A model generated the notes under the pieces. It was not told where the DNA came from and searched no databases. It saw only the letters and a list, made by a program, of their open reading frames with translations. Source: the human T2T-CHM13v2.0 reference genome, Homo sapiens. From it: DNA of 64,000 bases. Made by a program: the position numbers and the translations under genes. Shown piece by piece: positions 59,994 through 64,000 of this stretch (the stretch's first letter is position 1; every line of letters begins with the position of its first letter). The stretch lies in assembly GCF_009914755.1 (NCBI RefSeq), contig NC_060929.1. The stretch is one strand, 5' to 3'.

Positions 59994-61279
59994 CTTGCAA
60001 CTAAAGAACCATACTGATATGAAAAATAAAGGCAAAATGTTATAATAGCAAAAGTCCCCAAAGTCCTTTTACCTCCCTTAGTGCTTCTAAAGCAAATGAT
60101 GGAAAGGTAATCCTCCTTGATTCTTGAAAGAAAAACGTAGGTTTTCTCTACAGAAAAAGTATACATATCTCTAAACACTTAAAACTCAGAGCTTCTGTGC
60201 TGCAGGTTCATGTCTTGTCACACAGATATTTTTAATGAATTGATTTTAGAAGATGTCTTATGCATAGAAGGAAAATTAAACTTTGAACAAATCTGCTGCT
60301 GTTTCTGAATTAGAATTTCTCATTTTTGCATAAGGGACTTTTCATGCTGAAAAGAATTAGGTATCCTGACCTCAGAATCACAATGGGAAATAAGAGAAGA
60401 AAAGATTCTCAGTGGAAATAACTTCCCTCTAACTCAGGTAGCTTCAATCTTTACCACTCTTTATTATCACTTTTGGCACTTTGTAGAGAGACAGGAACAT
60501 AAGTCTTTTCCCTAAATGGTTCTTGTCTTTGCTCTTCTGCCTCTATCAGCTCAAGATAATAATTATTGGGAAATTAAAAGTGGCATTGGTTGAAGGTTAC
60601 ATCCTTTGAGAAAGTGGAGTCAGAAATTCTTTCTTGCTTAGTGTATCAAAATGTTTGGGCAGTATTACCAAAGAATAAGAAGGAACCACCCACGAAGAGC
60701 AGAGGATAATATTTAGAGAAAAAAAAATAGAATGTTATCCACGTAAATTTATATTGTTTCCCTTTACGACACATTCTTTCTTCCAACCTTCAATTTCATG
60801 CACTTACAATAAAAATTATTTGCAGTTTATCTCTACAGAAAGAAATTAATTGAAAGCTCAAAATAATCTGTAAAGATTGTCATTTATCAATGTTCTGAAG
60901 GGCTTTTAAAGCATCTAACAACAAAAGTGGTTTCTTTGGTAAATAAAGAGGTCTCTAATGGTATTTGACAGTAATGACTTACATTTTACTTACTTAGCTG
61001 CACATTTGATTACCCATATCCAAACATGAAATTGGTATTATTTCTTTCACCATATCTCAAAGCCTTGAAATAGGATATAAAGTGAGAAATGTCAAGGGGC
61101 AAAATATAAATAAATGAGCAATAAACTGCTTTCCTGTAAAAGGACCTTAGGTATGCTCCATGGAAGAAATAAAGAAATGGAATCAATTTGAATTATGCAC
61201 AGGTGAGAAAATAATGGTTGCTTTCTTTTGCATTTTGGAAGCGTAGCATCATGAAGTAGTCAAGCACTTCTTGTTTTAT

Positions 61280-62860
<1,581 letters not shown>

Positions 62861-63544
62861 AGGTTATAATTAAATTTTTAGGATTCCTAACATTCTATGC
62901 ATTGGATTTTTTGTGTGTGCCTGCTGTTGCCTCTACCTGGAAGCTCTTTGCTTGACTCACTTCTCCCCCATGTTGAGTCTTTGCTCAAACTGGACTTTCG
63001 TGACAATTTTAACCTAAAGTATTTCCCAGTGTCTCACTGCTTTTTTTTTAATCCCTATCACATTTTATTTTTTATATCCTTCACCACTTCTTCATGTTTA
63101 TATTCACTTCTTTGTTTACTGACTCTATCCTCCACTAGAATGTAGAATCATGAGATCTGAAACCTTGTCTTTTTCATTTCTGCATCTTCAGTGTCTTTGG
63201 AATAATACTTGGAAGACAGTAGGCATTTAGTGAAAGTTTAACCAAGGAATAAATGAAGAAATGGATATAAAATTTGCTCTGTCATTTATGAGATTAAGAA
63301 TCTTATGTAAGTTACTTAATCTTTCTGAATTGTACTTTTTAAATGTTTAGGTAAAGCTTAGAGATAATGAATCTACTATGACTACTGTAGTATCTGGCAC
63401 ACAGAAGGTTCTTTGTAAATGATAGAGATTATTATATACAGTCTCCGCATGAGAAGAAGCAAGATGCAATTTGTCATCAAGAGCACCCCAAAACACAAAC
63501 ACGTGAAAAATAAAATGAGAGTTTTAGACTTTTACTTGATTTTA

Positions 63545-63764
63545 AAAAATAAAAGAAAGAATAAAAGAAAACCAAAAAGGAAATAAAATAAGAAAGAAAG
63601 AAGGAAGGAAGGAAGGAAGGGATGGAGGGAGGGAAGAAGGGAAGGGAGGGAGGGAGAAAGGGAAGGAGAGAAAGAGAGAGAAAGAAGAAAGAAAGAAAGA
63701 AAAAGAAAGAAAGAAAAGAAAGAAAAAGCAAAGAAAGAAAGAAGAAAGAAAAAGAAAGAAAAAG

Positions 63765-63795
<31 letters not shown>

Positions 63796-63863
63796 GAAAG
63801 AAAGAAAGAGAAAGAGAAAGAAAGGGAAAGAGAAAGAAAGGGAAAGAGAAAGAAAGGGAAAGA
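63545..63863. repeat. GA-rich polypurine low-complexity tract
   Basis: (GAAG)n, (GGGA)n and (GAAA)n blocks. Confidence 0.97.
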
Positions 63864-64000
63864 GCCTTCTGAAACTATTTCAAACTAAAGAGAAAATCCA
63901 TTAGGATATTATAGTGGTATGTTATAGAACCCAGGACTGAAAATAGGGAACTCAGAAATCCTTCCTCTCCCTTTCTCATTTCTGCTTTTCTCTGCAGTGA

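Noticed and set aside
63477-63888. K/E/R-rich and F/L/S-rich ORFs
   Set aside because: Translation of the GA simple repeat.

Overview
This is AT-rich primate (very probably human) intronic or intergenic DNA dominated by interspersed repeats. I recognise no protein-coding gene, and most longer ORFs in the track come from Alu, L1, THE1 or simple repeats. It contains about 17 Alu copies, several L1 fragments, two full-length THE1 (MaLR) elements in inverted orientation, solo LTRs (MST, MLT1, MER74-, MER77- and LTR25-like), DNA-transposon relics, L2 relics and microsatellites. The most notable structures are: (1) a ~380 bp mosaic mitochondrial insertion (NUMT) joining CYTB(+), 12S rRNA(+) and ND4L(-) pieces next to a THE1 LTR; (2) a head-to-head pair of complete THE1 elements 544 bp apart; (3) two inverted Alus fused with no spacer, beside an orphan L1 5'UTR; (4) a twin-primed L1PA with a perfect 17-bp TSD; (5) a near-consensus AluY; (6) candidate minus-strand exons, one directly behind a (TG)23 tract. 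I found no convincing new biological system. Repeat subfamily names come from recalled consensus sequences and need Dfam/RepeatMasker confirmation.
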